Of a DNA stretch of 64,000 nt, positions 1-15,200 are shown piece by piece (the stretch's first letter is position 1; the number at the start of each line of letters is the position of its first letter). The position numbers were made by a program, and so were the translations under genes. Source of the DNA: Epiperipatus broadwayi. Its lineage: Eukaryota > Animalia > Onychophora. Location: assembly GCA_028023455.1 (NCBI GenBank), contig JAQFVV010000001.1, positions 7,812,001 to 7,876,000 of the forward strand, in the 5' to 3' direction. Below the pieces are notes generated by a model that saw only the letters and a list, made by a program, of their open reading frames with translations, was not told where the DNA came from and searched no databases.

Positions 1-152
1 ATGTTATTAGTAACAAGTTGTTTGTATTTGAAAAGTTTAAAATGTTCTATACATTCAACATTTACTGATAGATAATGGAAACAGTCCAACATATTATCAC
101 ATATAACAATTCTCATGTTCACATAATAATAATAGAAAAAACAACAAAAAAC

Positions 153-272
153 CTTGAAGTAATCTTGTTAATTTAGAATCTCGATAAGGTACAAATCCTC
201 TACGTCCAGCATCATCTCCTAAAGCACTAATTACATTCCCAAGAGCTAGTAATCCTTTATTAATATTGACAC
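153..272 (-). CDS. KIF4: KIF4-like coding exon 6 ([39 protein letters not shown])
   Basis: 120 nt; microtubule-binding motif [13 protein letters not shown]; acceptor CTATAG, donor G|GTTTTT. Confidence 0.94.
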
Positions 273-3200
273 CTATAGTAAATAAATAATATATTCAAAA
301 TTACATATTAATTAAAAACTCATAAAATTAATTACATGTAATCAAAAAAAAAAACTATTATATTTTAATAAATTTGATATAGTATTTAATAAAAGCATTT
401 ATCAGCACAATAATTGTGAAATTCACAGAAAATTTAAATAATACATTTTTTCTAACCTTCTTTGAATCTGTCTCCTTGAGCTTGAGTTTTTTTGGCTCTT
501 TCTGATCCTGCAAGATCCACTAAATGAAATTTAGCTTTAAAAAGGTTTTCCCTAAAATAAAATAAATTTCTGCATTAAAAAGTGTATTGCTTTACGTTTT
601 ATAATGTTATTTTATAAAAGTCTCAAATGACAACAACCATCCAAATTCTAAAAAGAAAAAAAAAATTAAAAGATAGGTTTTATGATGACTATACAATTCA
701 ATACATTAACCACAATTATGTCCATATATATTGCAGAGTAGCTGTTTAATTTAAATTTTACAATATATATAATGTAAGCAATTTTCATGTTTGCAGAAAA
801 CTGACTGGAGTTTAAATGGGAATAAACTGGTGATATATGACTAATTAGTGCACGAGTGTTCAAAATTGAAGGGTTATTACATTTAAATATAATGATAAAT
901 AAATAAAATTTTAATAAGAAATCAATATTTAGTGAGATAACCAAAATTATTTAAACTAGCTAAAAATATAAAACATAGATGAACAAAGATCAACATATAT
1001 TTGAACACTCCAGTATCTACAAAAAAATCCAACATGGATTCTACAATCAGAACATTTATGGCAACCTATCAATTTAAAGCCAGATTTCTGATGTGAATAT
1101 TATGACAAAAAAAAAAAAAGACTGTATAAAGAGCATAATAACTATACAACCAATGAATGTAAGCTTGTAATATGAATTAGATGAATCAAGGTTTATACTT
1201 TACCTAACTAGTGGAAATGTTAATATCTTGCCATCATCAACTATACTGCGTCCAACTGCAAATTATGTTGGTAAAAACTGTACTACACATCATGGTAATT
1301 CCATAAACTACTATTTTTCAACAAATCACAACTGACATTGAACATTTTAAAAAATCATATAATGCAAGAGTTATTTCTGGTCTAATTGTCATTTTCCAAA
1401 ATAATAATGCTTCACATTATACAGTATATTAGTTTAAAAAGCTACAAAAAGAATGTAATACATCTTCTACTACCTTACTCATCGCTTGATTTAAATACTG
1501 TTGAGCTTTGCATCAAGAGCTTACAGCCTTTCCCAAGAACAATGGCATTATATTTTCTACATATTGATCAAATGCCACATACTTCTATTTCAAAGAGAAG
1601 ACAAGTAATCAGTGATTCAAATAATACCTTAAAGTCATTAACAAAGATATTTTAAATGTTCTTATAAAGTTGGTTAATTTCCAATTTGTGTGGCTGTGAT
1701 AAATTAGTTTCATCTACTTTTTATCATGATTAAACCAGTAAATTAATGAATACTTCTATTAATTACACATTAAAATAAAACAATTCACACAGAATATTTT
1801 TAAGAATTTATTCCATTATTTGCAATCCATGATATCTCCACATTATTTTTTCAGAAAATTTCTATCACATACCTGATCTCTAAAAATCAATTAGGATCTA
1901 ATTTAGAATTTTAATTATTTACTTTCATCTATTACTAATCAGCTTCATTTTAATCTCTTAATTCTTTTGATGTCAATAATGCTTGTTTATTTTCTTTTGT
2001 ACATATTTCAAATTTTCTTTCTTAAATATAGTATACATTTTTATATCTTACAATGTTGTCTTTAAACTTTTTAGTAAGAAGTGGGTCATAATTGCTAAAA
2101 ATATTTCTTTTTATGTATATAGGTCAGATTTCTTTCAATATTAAGTTTTTTAATACTATTGATTTTTATTTTTCTCTGAAAACCCAATGAACATAACTTT
2201 ATTCATCTTACTTTATGATTTCAAGCTGTAGCAATTTTAACATTTCCCGTCGGTCTGAAGCATTATTTGTAAATATCATCTGCAAAATTCAGATAGCTTA
2301 AGTCATCTCCATTTATTTTTATTCAAGTTGCTTTTCATTTGAATGTGTAAAATATTTCCCAGACAACTTCTATAAAAAGTTTTAGATAAAATTACCTTCC
2401 ATATATTCTGAATTTTCGAAGATAAAAAAAAAAAAAAATCAATTATATTTAATCAGAAGCTAAAAACTATTAAGTATTTTGTGCAAACTAATATATGGAG
2501 ATAAATCAGAATAGCTGAAATTAATCATATTATTAAACTCAGATAGTGTGTTTTGACAAAAAAATATTGTGATTAAAGCTTTGTATTATCATGATATAGA
2601 TTATTGTCAAATTATTAAGAAAATTTCTTAAAATAGCAATCTGCATTCACTAATCCTTTCTGTAATTTTCTTAATACTTCGCTGTGCTACTACCATCTTA
2701 TCGTTTGATAAACTTGAGTCTAAAATTCTCTTTTAGACTAGTTATTGATTTATATATTAATGATACAAGACTGACAGTTCATAATTCCTAATATCAACTT
2801 CTTTACATGTCAGTATCACTTTTTGATATTTCTAATCATCTAGTATACTTTAGCTATTATCTATTTAAGGTATAATTTTTCCAATTACTGAAAATTTTCA
2901 TCTTTTAAAATATGATTCCAATATTTTTTCAAATTTTTATGTTGTTCTTATATTTAAATGCATATTTTACTGTATTATTTAAAATAATTGGAACTTCAAG
3001 TAATATTATTATTGTACAAGCTTTTGTTTTCCTGTTCTTTACTACAATATAATTAATTCATTATACAATTATTACCCATAATTCATGATTTCTTTCTGTT
3101 TATAATACACATATCATTTTTTTATATTTTTTTTATTGTTGAAATAATATTGCTTCCAATAACAAGATGCTGGTTTGTAATTTTGATATTTTTATTTCTT

Positions 3201-6200
3201 TCTATAAGTTTCCTCACTAATGCTACAGTCTAAAAATGATTTCTCTAAATCTCACATTTTCCAATTCTTAGAAGTAAATTATTATTTAGTTTTGATATTA
3301 TTCCCCTTATCATTTAATCAACATCTGTAATAAAAAAACAAAAATAGGATATTGAAGATGTTAATGATCATTTAATTTAACAATAACTTTGTTGGAAGAA
3401 TGTTTAGTAACTTATATTTTGACCCAAATCAGGTTTGATAGATCTCTTAACTTTGCAATCATAGACTTCAACATTATATAAGTAAGACTCAAAGTTTTAT
3501 TTTTATTTACTAACACCATAAAGTGAATAAATATTCTTTTATCATAAAATTAATTTTTTTAAAAAAAATATTTCATTTAGTAATAATTAAAAAAAAAAAA
3601 AGGTAGATAGCCTGGACACATCGAAATTCATCTCTTTCTTTAATATTTTCCAAAATATATGATTTTTCTTATTATTCCCATTCTCATTAGAAAAATTAGA
3701 AAAGATGCTTCTTAGTATTAATAGTACTAAAGTTCAACAATGAGTCCACAATTGGTTTTTCCATTAATAAAAATCAGCCAATTTATAAATTTTATAACTG
3801 TCATTTCATATGCATTTTGCAAACTACTATAAATGTGATCAAGTGTTAACACTTAGTTGTAATATATGCTGCTTAATTAGGCGATTTTATCTTCAATATG
3901 GGGGAACTGATGTTAATTTGCAGTATTATCTGATAAGATCCCTGTTCTGGGATAAAATACTGTATAGAAATAAAATTATTAGTTTTTCTCTGTGCATTGA
4001 TATAGCTATTTTTTCATTTATATGTTCATGTGTGGGGGAACTGATGCTAATTTGCAGGATCATCTGATAAGATCCCTGTTCTGGGATAAAATACTGTATA
4101 GTATTAAAATGGTTACTGTTTCTTTGTGCATAGATACATATGACTAGCTATTTATTCATTTACATGTTCATGTGTGGTTTGATTAACCAACTATATTATA
4201 TATATTTAAGCATGCTTTGACTTATGACTTGGATTTATTATTTATATCTGTGGATTTTATAATTACATATTAATTAGCTTTATAAAATTCATTTTCTGAC
4301 ATACTATTTATAAATTATAATTTAAATATAATTTTTTTTTTCAAGAGTTTTATTATTATTATTTATTCACTTGATTAGAGTCAAGCATTTTTGATTTTAA
4401 TAATTGCATATATTAAAGTTACATATAATAATTAACTTCATGGAATACAGTCCCTGGCATGCTATTTGTAATATATATTTAATTATGCTTTTTTTAAGAA
4501 CTAATTTTTTCCCTCTCTCATTCCTTCTAATGAAATCACACATTTATAATTTAAATATTAAAAATCACAATGAATATATATATATGGAAGAAGGCAGAGG
4601 GAGGGACATGTTAATTTTTAGGATCATTTGATGAGAGCTCTATTGAGAGTATTTATTCATTTACACAATTGTATGTGTGTTGATTAACCAATTTTGTTAG
4701 AATGTAACTTATGAATATACTTTATATATTAAGCACATGATGATATAATAACATAAATTGGATTTTTTTGGAAAAATTGGATAAAATTATATGGCATATT
4801 TTGATAATAGAATCCATTATTATAATTCAAAAGTGAAATTATTTGAAAAACTTTTCTGAGAATATGAATATTACTCACACTATCATACTTCTTCTCTGCT
4901 CACCCACAAAAAATTAATACAGTGCCTTTAATTGTTATTTGCTTTAAAAACAACATTAAATATATGAACAAATGGTTTTATTGAAAACATGAATAAAAAC
5001 TAATAGCCTCAAGATTGTGCCAAGATGCAAGAAAATATATCATGATTATTTTTGATTTTATTTTTTGCAATGTGTTAACCTTATTTATAAAAATCCCAAC
5101 TCAATGAAAATATTATCAAGATAAAATAAATCTCACAACTGTATACTTTAATTAAAAATTAAAATAACTAATATATAGAATTATAACTAAATTTCTAAAT
5201 ATAAATTCTGATTCATTTGGCTCTGCTTTTATCAGAAAATTAAAAAAAAAAAAAGCCATTCAAAATTTTGTAAAAATAATAACATATATCAAACATTATG
5301 TTAGTGTTTTTCCATATCCTTTGAAAAATGTCACAAATCTGTGTCTATTTAACGAATGATAATGAGATTTGTATTAATTTTCTGTTTGTGATAAATAATG
5401 GAAGAAAGTGACAAACTAAAGTTTACTAACTGGTTTAACTATGCATCAGGTTTGCAAAAACAATACCTGACCAATACTATTCTTATGTATATGAAAAACA
5501 AAACAAACATCAAATATGGATTTTATATTTGAAGTCTATAATGTAATTTGGGTATCTTACGAAAAAATTATTTTGCTATAACTATTAATGTTATAGGAGT
5601 CAGAGTCAAATATTTAAATCCTCTTGAAATTATCTTTCAATAAATTTTTATTTTATAAAAGTAATGTGATAATGAAATTCTAACTGTAAAATCATGTGAT
5701 AACATTTTAACATGACCAAATTTATCCAAATAACAGAAATCCCAGTTTTGACAACTATTATCGATAATAATGAATTTATTAAGACAAATAATTAGGTTCT
5801 GAAGTAAATGCTTCTTATTTAAAGATATATGTTATGGATGTTACAATATATACAAATTTAAAAGTCCAAAGTGAAGCAATGGATCTGAAGTCCAATCCAT
5901 GCTTCACATCTTCCTATAAACTTAATTAATATTGTAGACCTAAATTAAGTTTATAGTTCAATATCAGCAGGGTTTTGCATTAGAGTTAAAAATAGTTATG
6001 CTTATTAAATGTGTATTACAGTTAAATATTTTATTTTAAATAAATTTCATTCTATTGATCAAAATTGCTTAACCTATTAGTCAAACATATATATACATCT
6101 AGCGTATATATATGAGGTAATGCAAAATTCTGCTGAGATAAAATGCTTATTCTATTGTAAAATAATAATATGTTGTTCAAATTTTATTAAAATATTTAGT

Positions 6201-9200
6201 ATGATTTGATTTTGAGATAAGCCCACCAACATTTCTGAAAGAATGTATATTTTAATTAGTGAGTCGTTCAAGTCTAATTAAAGATGGCATTTTCTTTCTT
6301 GCTTTTTAATTAATAGAATTCCAACTTTAAAGTAAGAAAGTTAGAGTAAAAAAATTGAAGTTATTTTTAGAACGTGTTGTTTTAAAACAAAGCAGCAAGG
6401 GGGGGCTTATCAAGATCTCAGATCATACAAACAATGGAAGGTAGCTGTCAGAGAAAGTATAAATAGTAGGGAGAACAAAAGAGATAATTATTCAGACTTT
6501 TCTTTTTGAAGGAGTCATTTGATTCTGATTTTGCTTGTGAAGGCGATTTATTAAGATTTTTCTTGCTGTTTTATTTCCAAGCTTTCTGGAAAGTGCATTC
6601 AGATTTCTCTTGGGAGAAATCCGTCAGATTTTGCTTCACATTTAGCTTGTGCTTCAAAAAAAGTTATACAGCTGTCATTTTCAAACAATGGAGAAGTTGG
6701 AACCTGCTCCAGTTAAAACCAACCGTATTTTGAGGAAAATGGATATGCTTGGCTAGGCAAATCATAGCTTTGCCTATCGCCGAGGTTCCTAAATACCATC
6801 CAAAATGCCTTAACATCCAATCAATAACCATATGAACTCTATGCCGTGTCTGGAGAACTTTTCATGGAAGCCATACTTCATATTTTCATTGTCCGGACAA
6901 ATACCTATCGTCGGTCGGATCAAGCCACGGACGCCGTAGGAAACATCACGGAAAAAGGACGGTATCGTATCTCCTAAATTAAACTATCTCGTATGCTACT
7001 AATGATTCATATTGTTTTATTGTTGTATTGAAATATATGTTTTTGCTATGTAAACATTTTATGAATTAACCTTAAATATATTTTGGGATCATCTAGCTAT
7101 ATGTAACCTTTTTACCTTCGCTATTCTTCCTTACTAACCATTGTAAATATTTAGTATTTCGTTGCGGTTAAATTTAATAGTTAATTTTTGTCATTTGAAA
7201 TCAATTTCCAATTTTATTTATGTTGTTAATTAAATCCAAGTCAGTTTCTTTTGTGTGCCAACTTGATCTTTTTGATAACACCTCTTTTTTGTCCGCCATT
7301 AGCTAGTCACGTATATTTGATTTAGCTATATACGTTCTAAGTCAATTGTAAACCCGGTTTTTCGCGCAAAGCCATAAGAAATGCTTTGCGAAAGGTTTTT
7401 ATTATCTATCGTACTTTATCGAGAAGATCGAGTTGGATATTTTTAATAAAATTGGGAAGAAAAGAATTTGACCGCAAACCTATTAACTTGTTTTCTTTTT
7501 ATTGTCTAATTAGTTTGTTGCAGTAATTTAGGGGAATAGCGGAGGCCCATTAAAGCCTTATTCATATTTTAAAGCCATTAATTAAACATTATTTAATCAT
7601 CAAAAACTTGAGTTTCTTAGTTATATTAAATGCTTTATTTTTACTTTTCAATGATCCAGGCACGCAAAACGCAAACACCAACACATCTTTTTATGTACTT
7701 TACACATTTAGCTTTTAGCTCTTTAGGATTTCCCGTCCATGTCTCTACCGCTGTTGCTAAGCTTTGTGGCCGGTTGAAAAATAATTTATGCATGGCTCAG
7801 ATGGTGTTGTTTGTTTGTGATCAGGCCTCGAGAACAGGCGAATGGGCAGAGGTCATAAGTATTCTTGATTTATATCTCGCGTATGGTTGGCTTTGAGGTA
7901 CTTTCGCCTAGTATTCGAACTGGGTTAAATCTACACACATCATCTGACTGTCACAAAAGAATAATTAAAGCATTGGAAAATTTTTCTGAAGCAATTTTGA
8001 TCTTACAAAATTGGATAACATTTATAAAATATTTGTTATCACAATTATTGTTATCTTATGAATAAGACCAAATTGTTTATTAAATCTTGCATTATGGAAA
8101 TATTAGCTTCTTTATCAAAATCATATGTTATGGAATCTGAAATTTCTATTAACTCTGAATACAATTTTAAGACAAGCAAGAATAAGTGACTAAGAAATCT
8201 CAAAACACCAAACACATAATCATAATTTATATTAAATGCCATCATTGTTTTAAAGACAATGCCTATTTCACTCCTGTTGTACATTTACAATTGTCAATAG
8301 AAAAATATTAACAGCAATTAAAATTCACATCAAATTTAACAAAACATTTGTATTTATTTTCAGGATATAAATTGTGGCAACAAAATATATTTAAGCAAAG
8401 ATTAAGAAATTTTAAGTCACTTTTGGATAATTACTAAAAATAAGTGTAGATATAAATCTACAATAATAATACTGATCAAAGTAGATTAATATCAATATTG
8501 TATGAAACAGTTATAAAAACGAGTGCTCAGATAGTACCTATATTTAAATTCCATTAAAGTCACAAAAAAAATTACATCAAGATGCATTAGACACTAAAAA
8601 AAAAACATCTTTGGAATAATAATAACAATTAAAAAGCCTAAAATTATATTAGAATGATAGAAATTATAAAAAAATTATAACTAACTAACTAAATAAATAC
8701 CTTTTTTTAAATTGACATATTAATTCTTATAAAAATTATCATCTACATACTCCTTATTATCATTTTTTCTTTTTACAAATTGTTTATTCTATGAACCAAT
8801 TTTACATAAATGTATATACAGTATAATAAAAGAATATCGTCCAATAATTCTATCAATGTTTCGATTATAAAATAATACAGTATTTGTATAAAATAAGAAT
8901 TGGAAATAGAACTGAAAGATTTGTAAAAAAAAAAATTAAGTTTGCCAATGATAATTTTTATGTATCATAAAAAATTAAGTAGGGAAAATCCCCTCCCTAA
9001 CAAACTAAAACAATTCCAGATTGGGGGTGGGGGATGGGCTGTCTCAGCAAATGTTATTCAATATGTTAACAAAAAATCTGTAAAACAATGAAAAATTGAG
9101 TTAACAAGTTAATAAAATTAACTAATCTCATGATTATGCTATATTCAACTTTTATTATCTCCTTAATCAGTAATAATGTGCAACAGTAAATTTTTTACAT

Positions 9201-12200
9201 TAAAACGTTTTCTTTGCATGATTATACAATCATAAACAAAGTGAATACAAGAAATATACATAACTAAAAAGTAATTTTTATATTTTTTAAATGTATAAAA
9301 TAAATCAGATAACAGATATGTTTACTATATTTACAGAAAGACTAATAATTTGCTGACAAGGTACAGAAACAATTATTCTAATATCTTATTAGATATTAAA
9401 ATATTTATCCTATTGCTATAGACAAGACAAAATATTACCTCATTCTCAAAATTATTGTATAAAATAATTATAATGGACAGAATAATATCAGATAAAATAT
9501 TGATTAAAAAAAATATTTTCCCTATTTCAATTCATTTATCAATTTGAACAATTAAAAAAAAAACATCTTTTTTTACAAATTACAATATTTCATTGAATGA
9601 CTTTTAATCAAAACTAATATAGAAAGACTATTCACAAAATCTAGGGGCAAATATTCTAGGTTAATATTAATTTCATGGGGAGTTTACTCATAATTAAAAT
9701 TCACTATTCTTAATACTATAAACCTTTGGAAATTTATAATATAAGATAAATACTGTCATACAATTTTTAAATTGTGGATAATTAAAAAGTATAAGATTTC
9801 TTTTATTCAATTGTTCTATCATTTAATTAAAAAGATTTAAAATGTGTTGACAAATTATTCGCTTTTAAAAACTGAATCTATAATTTTCAGTTTCTAATTA
9901 ATCTTAAGTTTTTTTCATTATTAACAATAATGATAGTATTATCTTTTAGTTTGATTTAAAAAATTTACTTATAAGCATAAATAAAGCTTAATAATTTGCT
10001 GTTTAATTGAAGCATGTGTCTTGAGATAAATAATTGTTTGTTTGGGTTTTTTTTTTTAAAAATCCTTTATTACATCTACTTTTAGATTAATATTTTTTCG
10101 AAGCAGATATGAATTTATTGAAATCATCAATTTGGAATAATAAAAAAAATCCTCAAATCTATAAGAAATCTCAATTTTTTCTACATGGGATAAATCTCAT
10201 AGATTTTTTTGCCCTAGCAGATGTTAGAATTGATTGAGAAAAAAAACAAAAAAAACTAAATGTTTTCTTAAACAAATGATTCTTGGAAATTGAAGATTTT
10301 ATTACAATATTTAAAATGAAAAATGATATTAAAAGAAAAGCATAGTAAAACAAAGTTTAAATGATAAAAAATATTCTAAGAATAATTGGAAAGAAAAGTG
10401 TGTACAGAAATAAATAGTGAAATAAAAAGATAAAATAAATAAATAACAAAAAAAAAAAAGAGTTCAGTTTAAAATCAAATCTTAGCTTCTTTCCTAAAAT
10501 GTTTGAAAGATGTATTAAATCATCTGAAACCTTTTTTTTCTCTCCATCTTTTTAACCTTTTAATAGACAAAACCATTCATATTTCTAGAAATAAAATAAG
10601 CCAATAAAACAACACATAATCTATCACATGTCTTTAGCTTACATATTGTTGTTTTAATACATGCTTTTCCACTTTCTTTTTTACCACTTACAATAAACTT
10701 TAAAAAGCAATGATAGTTGCCAGATGACAATGCTTAATAAATTCCTATCCTGTGAAATGTATGTTACTAAACAACAATATGTAAACTGAAGATGTGATGT
10801 TTTATTGCCTTATATCAAATCCTGACCATGGGAAAGAATTTAGTTATTAAAAAACAAAGAACATCATAATATATAGAAATTGAACTGATTTCAGATTTAT
10901 ACAAGCAAGTTGGCATAGTCTGAAAACATTTATGTTTTCAATTTGGGCATAGCTTGATAGTATAAAACAAAGGTAAATGATAGGAACTGGAAGGAAAGTG
11001 CATTAGATCCTAAAGTCCAGATGCATTTTTCCAAGATTCAAAACTCCTCACTGATGAAAGCCATAAGCTTGAAACTAGTTGAGAGATTTTGGATAAAAAG
11101 GCATAGAACAGAAATTTAATATGCACTGTCATCTGGCAACTATCACTGCTTTCTAAAGCTTGTTGTAAATAGCAAAAAGGTGAAAAAGTAAGCTATTAAA
11201 AGAGATAAAATAATTAAATTAAGCTCAATTTCATATGCAACTATATTATAAACTACTGAAGCACAATTCTTTTAGAATGAAACAAATAGGACTGTTTTAA
11301 ATACAATATTATAAAATTTATTTTAACAAGATTACATTGGTAAACTGAACATTAATATTAAAAATTATAAATGCTAGCAAACTCTCATTATGATTTCAAT
11401 CTATTTAATGAGATTATAAAAAAAATGGTTTGAAACAAAAATACTTATTAAATCAAGTAAGTTACAACTTGCAAGTTGCGCAAACAAGTGAAGCTCAATA
11501 TCAAGAGAATTATCAGGCTGAGCGCTTTCGGTAGCCTATCTTGGGAAGGTCAGCTTGAGTGTGATTCTAAGCAACTGGGTAGTAATTTATACAATTTTAT
11601 TCAATGTCTAATCCAATTTCTAGAGATGGAAAAGCACGATTCTTTACGTTTATTGCATTGTCGTCACTTGCAATGAAGCACACTTCTTTTATTTTGCGTT
11701 TAGTATTGTTGTGCTATGTGCACAGTGACTTTGCTATTGTGGGTTCGAATAACTGGCCCGTGGATGCTTCATTGCAAATGACAACAATGCAATAAACCAT
11801 AAAAAATCATGCGTTTCCATCTCTAGAAAGTGGACTATATGAAGATATTGAATAAATTTGCATAAATTACTACTTAGTTGCTTAAAATCACAACTCAAGC
11901 CGACACTCCCAAGATAGGATATGAATATGGGATCTAAAGGTTCCCGAAAGCACTCAGCCTGATAATTCTCTTGATATTGAGCTTCACTTGTTTGCGCAAT
12001 GCGCAAGTTGTAATTTACTGTTGGCAGGTGAAGTAGAAACAAGGATTTTATTTCAATATTATAAATCAAGTAAGATACTTTACCCATCATCTAAAACTTT
12101 GGTTGTTTCTAAGTGAATAGTAAATATAGCATGAGAACGACTGGAATAGCTATTCATTGCTGTTGCACCTGTTGTTCGGCAAGAAGATCCTCTTTCCAAA

Positions 12201-15200
12201 CATTTCATGGTTTCCTCTACATTATGTACTATGATTTCCTGGAGGCCAGCAATCTAAAAATGACATAAGTATATGCCAACGGAATTGTCATGATTACTTA
12301 TTTCAATATCAGACAGTAATGATAGCCAATTAATGCATATTAATTAAATCAATGCTTACACAATTAGAAATGGGTAAAACTATCTAACAAAAAAATTAAA
12401 TCTTATTTTTATTATTGTATATTAATTAAATTCATGAACACCTAATATCAAATTATATATACAAAAAGAAATTATCTAACAGAATATAAAAATACACATT
12501 TCTAGATTAAAGAAAGTTAGTTATAGAATTTTTATCAAAGAACTGATAAGTATAAGGGAGGGGGATAATGTCAAATTACTCAGCATTATTTTAGAACATT
12601 TTATTTTATATTGTCATTATGATTGCTGAGAAAAATGAAATAAAAAATAAGGAAATATATTTATGCACATAAAAAAAAAAAGTGAATATAATTAAATATT
12701 GTAGCAAATTACCATAAAAAAAACCCTGACAGAATATCTGTGAATGCAGACAAAAATATCAAAATTAGAACATGCAATAACATAGATCATATACATAAAA
12801 AAAAAAAAAGCACAGAACAAAATGAACATAATTAAATATTCTAGTAAATTTTTCTTCAGGGCTAGGATGTCCTCAATCAAGACTATCATATTTCCCCCCT
12901 CATATCATTTGACTTTGACAGACCATTCCTTCGCATGTTCTTTATTTTCTTGATCTCCTTTTCCTCCCTTTGGCCTCCCAAAAAATCAAATCCTTGGTAT
13001 TCTGTTCTCATTATTTTTTTTAATATGACTATATCATCTTAATTTTTTCTTTAATGATTGCTATCACTTTTTTCCTACTCCAATCACTCCTATGATCATT
13101 TGTTCTTTTCTCCGATCTTTATCTTCTTGATGACATCCAATAATTTATTTTAGTTGCCAACAAAATCTGATTATTTTCCTTTACCACTATTATCCATAAA
13201 AGTGAATTGAGTATTTTTGTATTGCCTGCCTTGTTTTACCAATTTTACAAATCTCTTTTTGATGCCACATTTTTCAATGACTGATTATATGTACTGAAAA
13301 CTATCTACTTTCATACTTTTTTTTCCCTATTAATGACAATCATATTATTTCTTTCTGATGTCAAATAATCTGTCTTTTTAAAGTAAGTTTTTACATAATA
13401 TATTCATTATCTTCCACATTCTATATATATAAATACCATTACAAAATCATGTACCCATTTTTTCATATTTCTTTAAAGATTTAAATTATCATTAATAAAA
13501 AAAGATTGTACATAAGTGTGAAATCAGACAAAAGTATAAAAATTGTAATGTGCAACAGCATAGATAAGTATAATGAACTTTAGTAGAATTAAAAACTATT
13601 CTTTTTTAGTGATGACAATCTAAAACTTATTTAAATCACACTCACACAGACACAGAAAAACACTTTTTTTTAAAAAAAAAAAAATCTGAATTAATAGAAT
13701 TTTTATTCTTTTTATTTTCATTTTCCAGTTGTTTTTTTTTATTTGGAAATTCAAACTGTAATTTTTTTTTTTTTTTGCAATTTTTATTAATGAAACTTAT
13801 ATTTCAAGTATTACTTTTCTGTTTTACAAAATTAAGATTTTGTTAAGTTCTTTATATATAGTTATATATAGCAATCCTCAAGAGCTTAATAACTATTGAT
13901 TTCAGATTTACAAACTTCAGATGTAATAACTAGATGTAATTTTTTTCATTTAGTAATTACAACTACTGTCTCATATATGGAGCAACAATGGTAGTGACAA
14001 ATGATAAAAGTTATATCAATAGCAAAACTCATTTCAAACTGTCTAGAAAAAAAACAACTATAAATTATATTGAAAATTTTGTGAATAATTAGAAAAATAG
14101 AATGTTATATTATTGGACGGTAAGAAGATACTCAGTAGAGATCAAGAAGAAAAAAAAATTTCCCTGTATTGCTGACTTATAGGTCACACTTAGATTCAGG
14201 CTTTGAACATTTAATTTCTGTTGTTACTATGACAGAAAAAAAAAAAGAAACTGCAAAAAGATCATTAATAATATATAAAGTATCAATTAAGGAAAGTTTG
14301 ATGAGTGAAAATGGAATGCTTAAGTATTTCTAATTTAAAAGTCGGCAAGATAAGATAGAATATGGATTAAAACATACTGGCTACTAACTAATCCATGGGC
14401 GAAAAAAAAGTTTGCCTTTCATGATCAAACAACAAGGTCTATCATTGTAACAATTGATCAATATCTATTTGATTTTGTGAACACCTATTCAACAATAAAT
14501 CATGATTATGTCCCAACAATTCAAGCAAATAAATAAATAAATTGCTGAGAAAAAAACAAAAACAAATCAAAAGATCAAAATTTAATTTAAAAAGCATACA
14601 AGTTAGAAAGCATATTTTCAGCAAAGATTTTAGGGTTAAAAATTGTTCAGGGCTTGAAAGGTATTAGCTTAGTATGGCTGAATAATTTTATAACATGTCA
14701 CTCAAGGTAATTTACTTTATTAAGCTAAATATAAAACTTGGCTGGTTTAGATTACAAATCTGCATAATTGTAATGAAAAAGACCAGGATTTTGGTTTTTA
14801 TAAGTTGACTATGTGAGATATAATTCAATATATGGTTTTCAAAGTAATAAAAGTGAGGTAAAACTTAAAAGTTTTCCCATTGCATGAATTCTCTTGAAGT
14901 TATTTCTATTCTTCCTAATCATAATTTTTCTATATGATTCTTGCACATTTCCTTATCTCATGCAACCATCTTACATGAAATCTTTTAAAACATTTTTGGG
15001 ATCCCTTCTAAAAACACTCCAGTTGTCTAATTACTCAGTCTAGTATTCTAACATTTAACAGAAACAATAAAACTATCTTTAAGATACATAAAAAACAAGA
15101 TGGACAATTTTATCTCTAATTAGAGTAATTCCATATCTTTTCCAATTGCAATAGTTATTAATACTTTCAAGATTGTCATTTTAGCCATACACACAAATAA

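Noticed and set aside
5871-5908. Small hairpin GTGAAGCA(A)TGGAT...ATCCATGCTTCAC
   Set aside because: No Helitron CTAG end, ribozyme core or other context.
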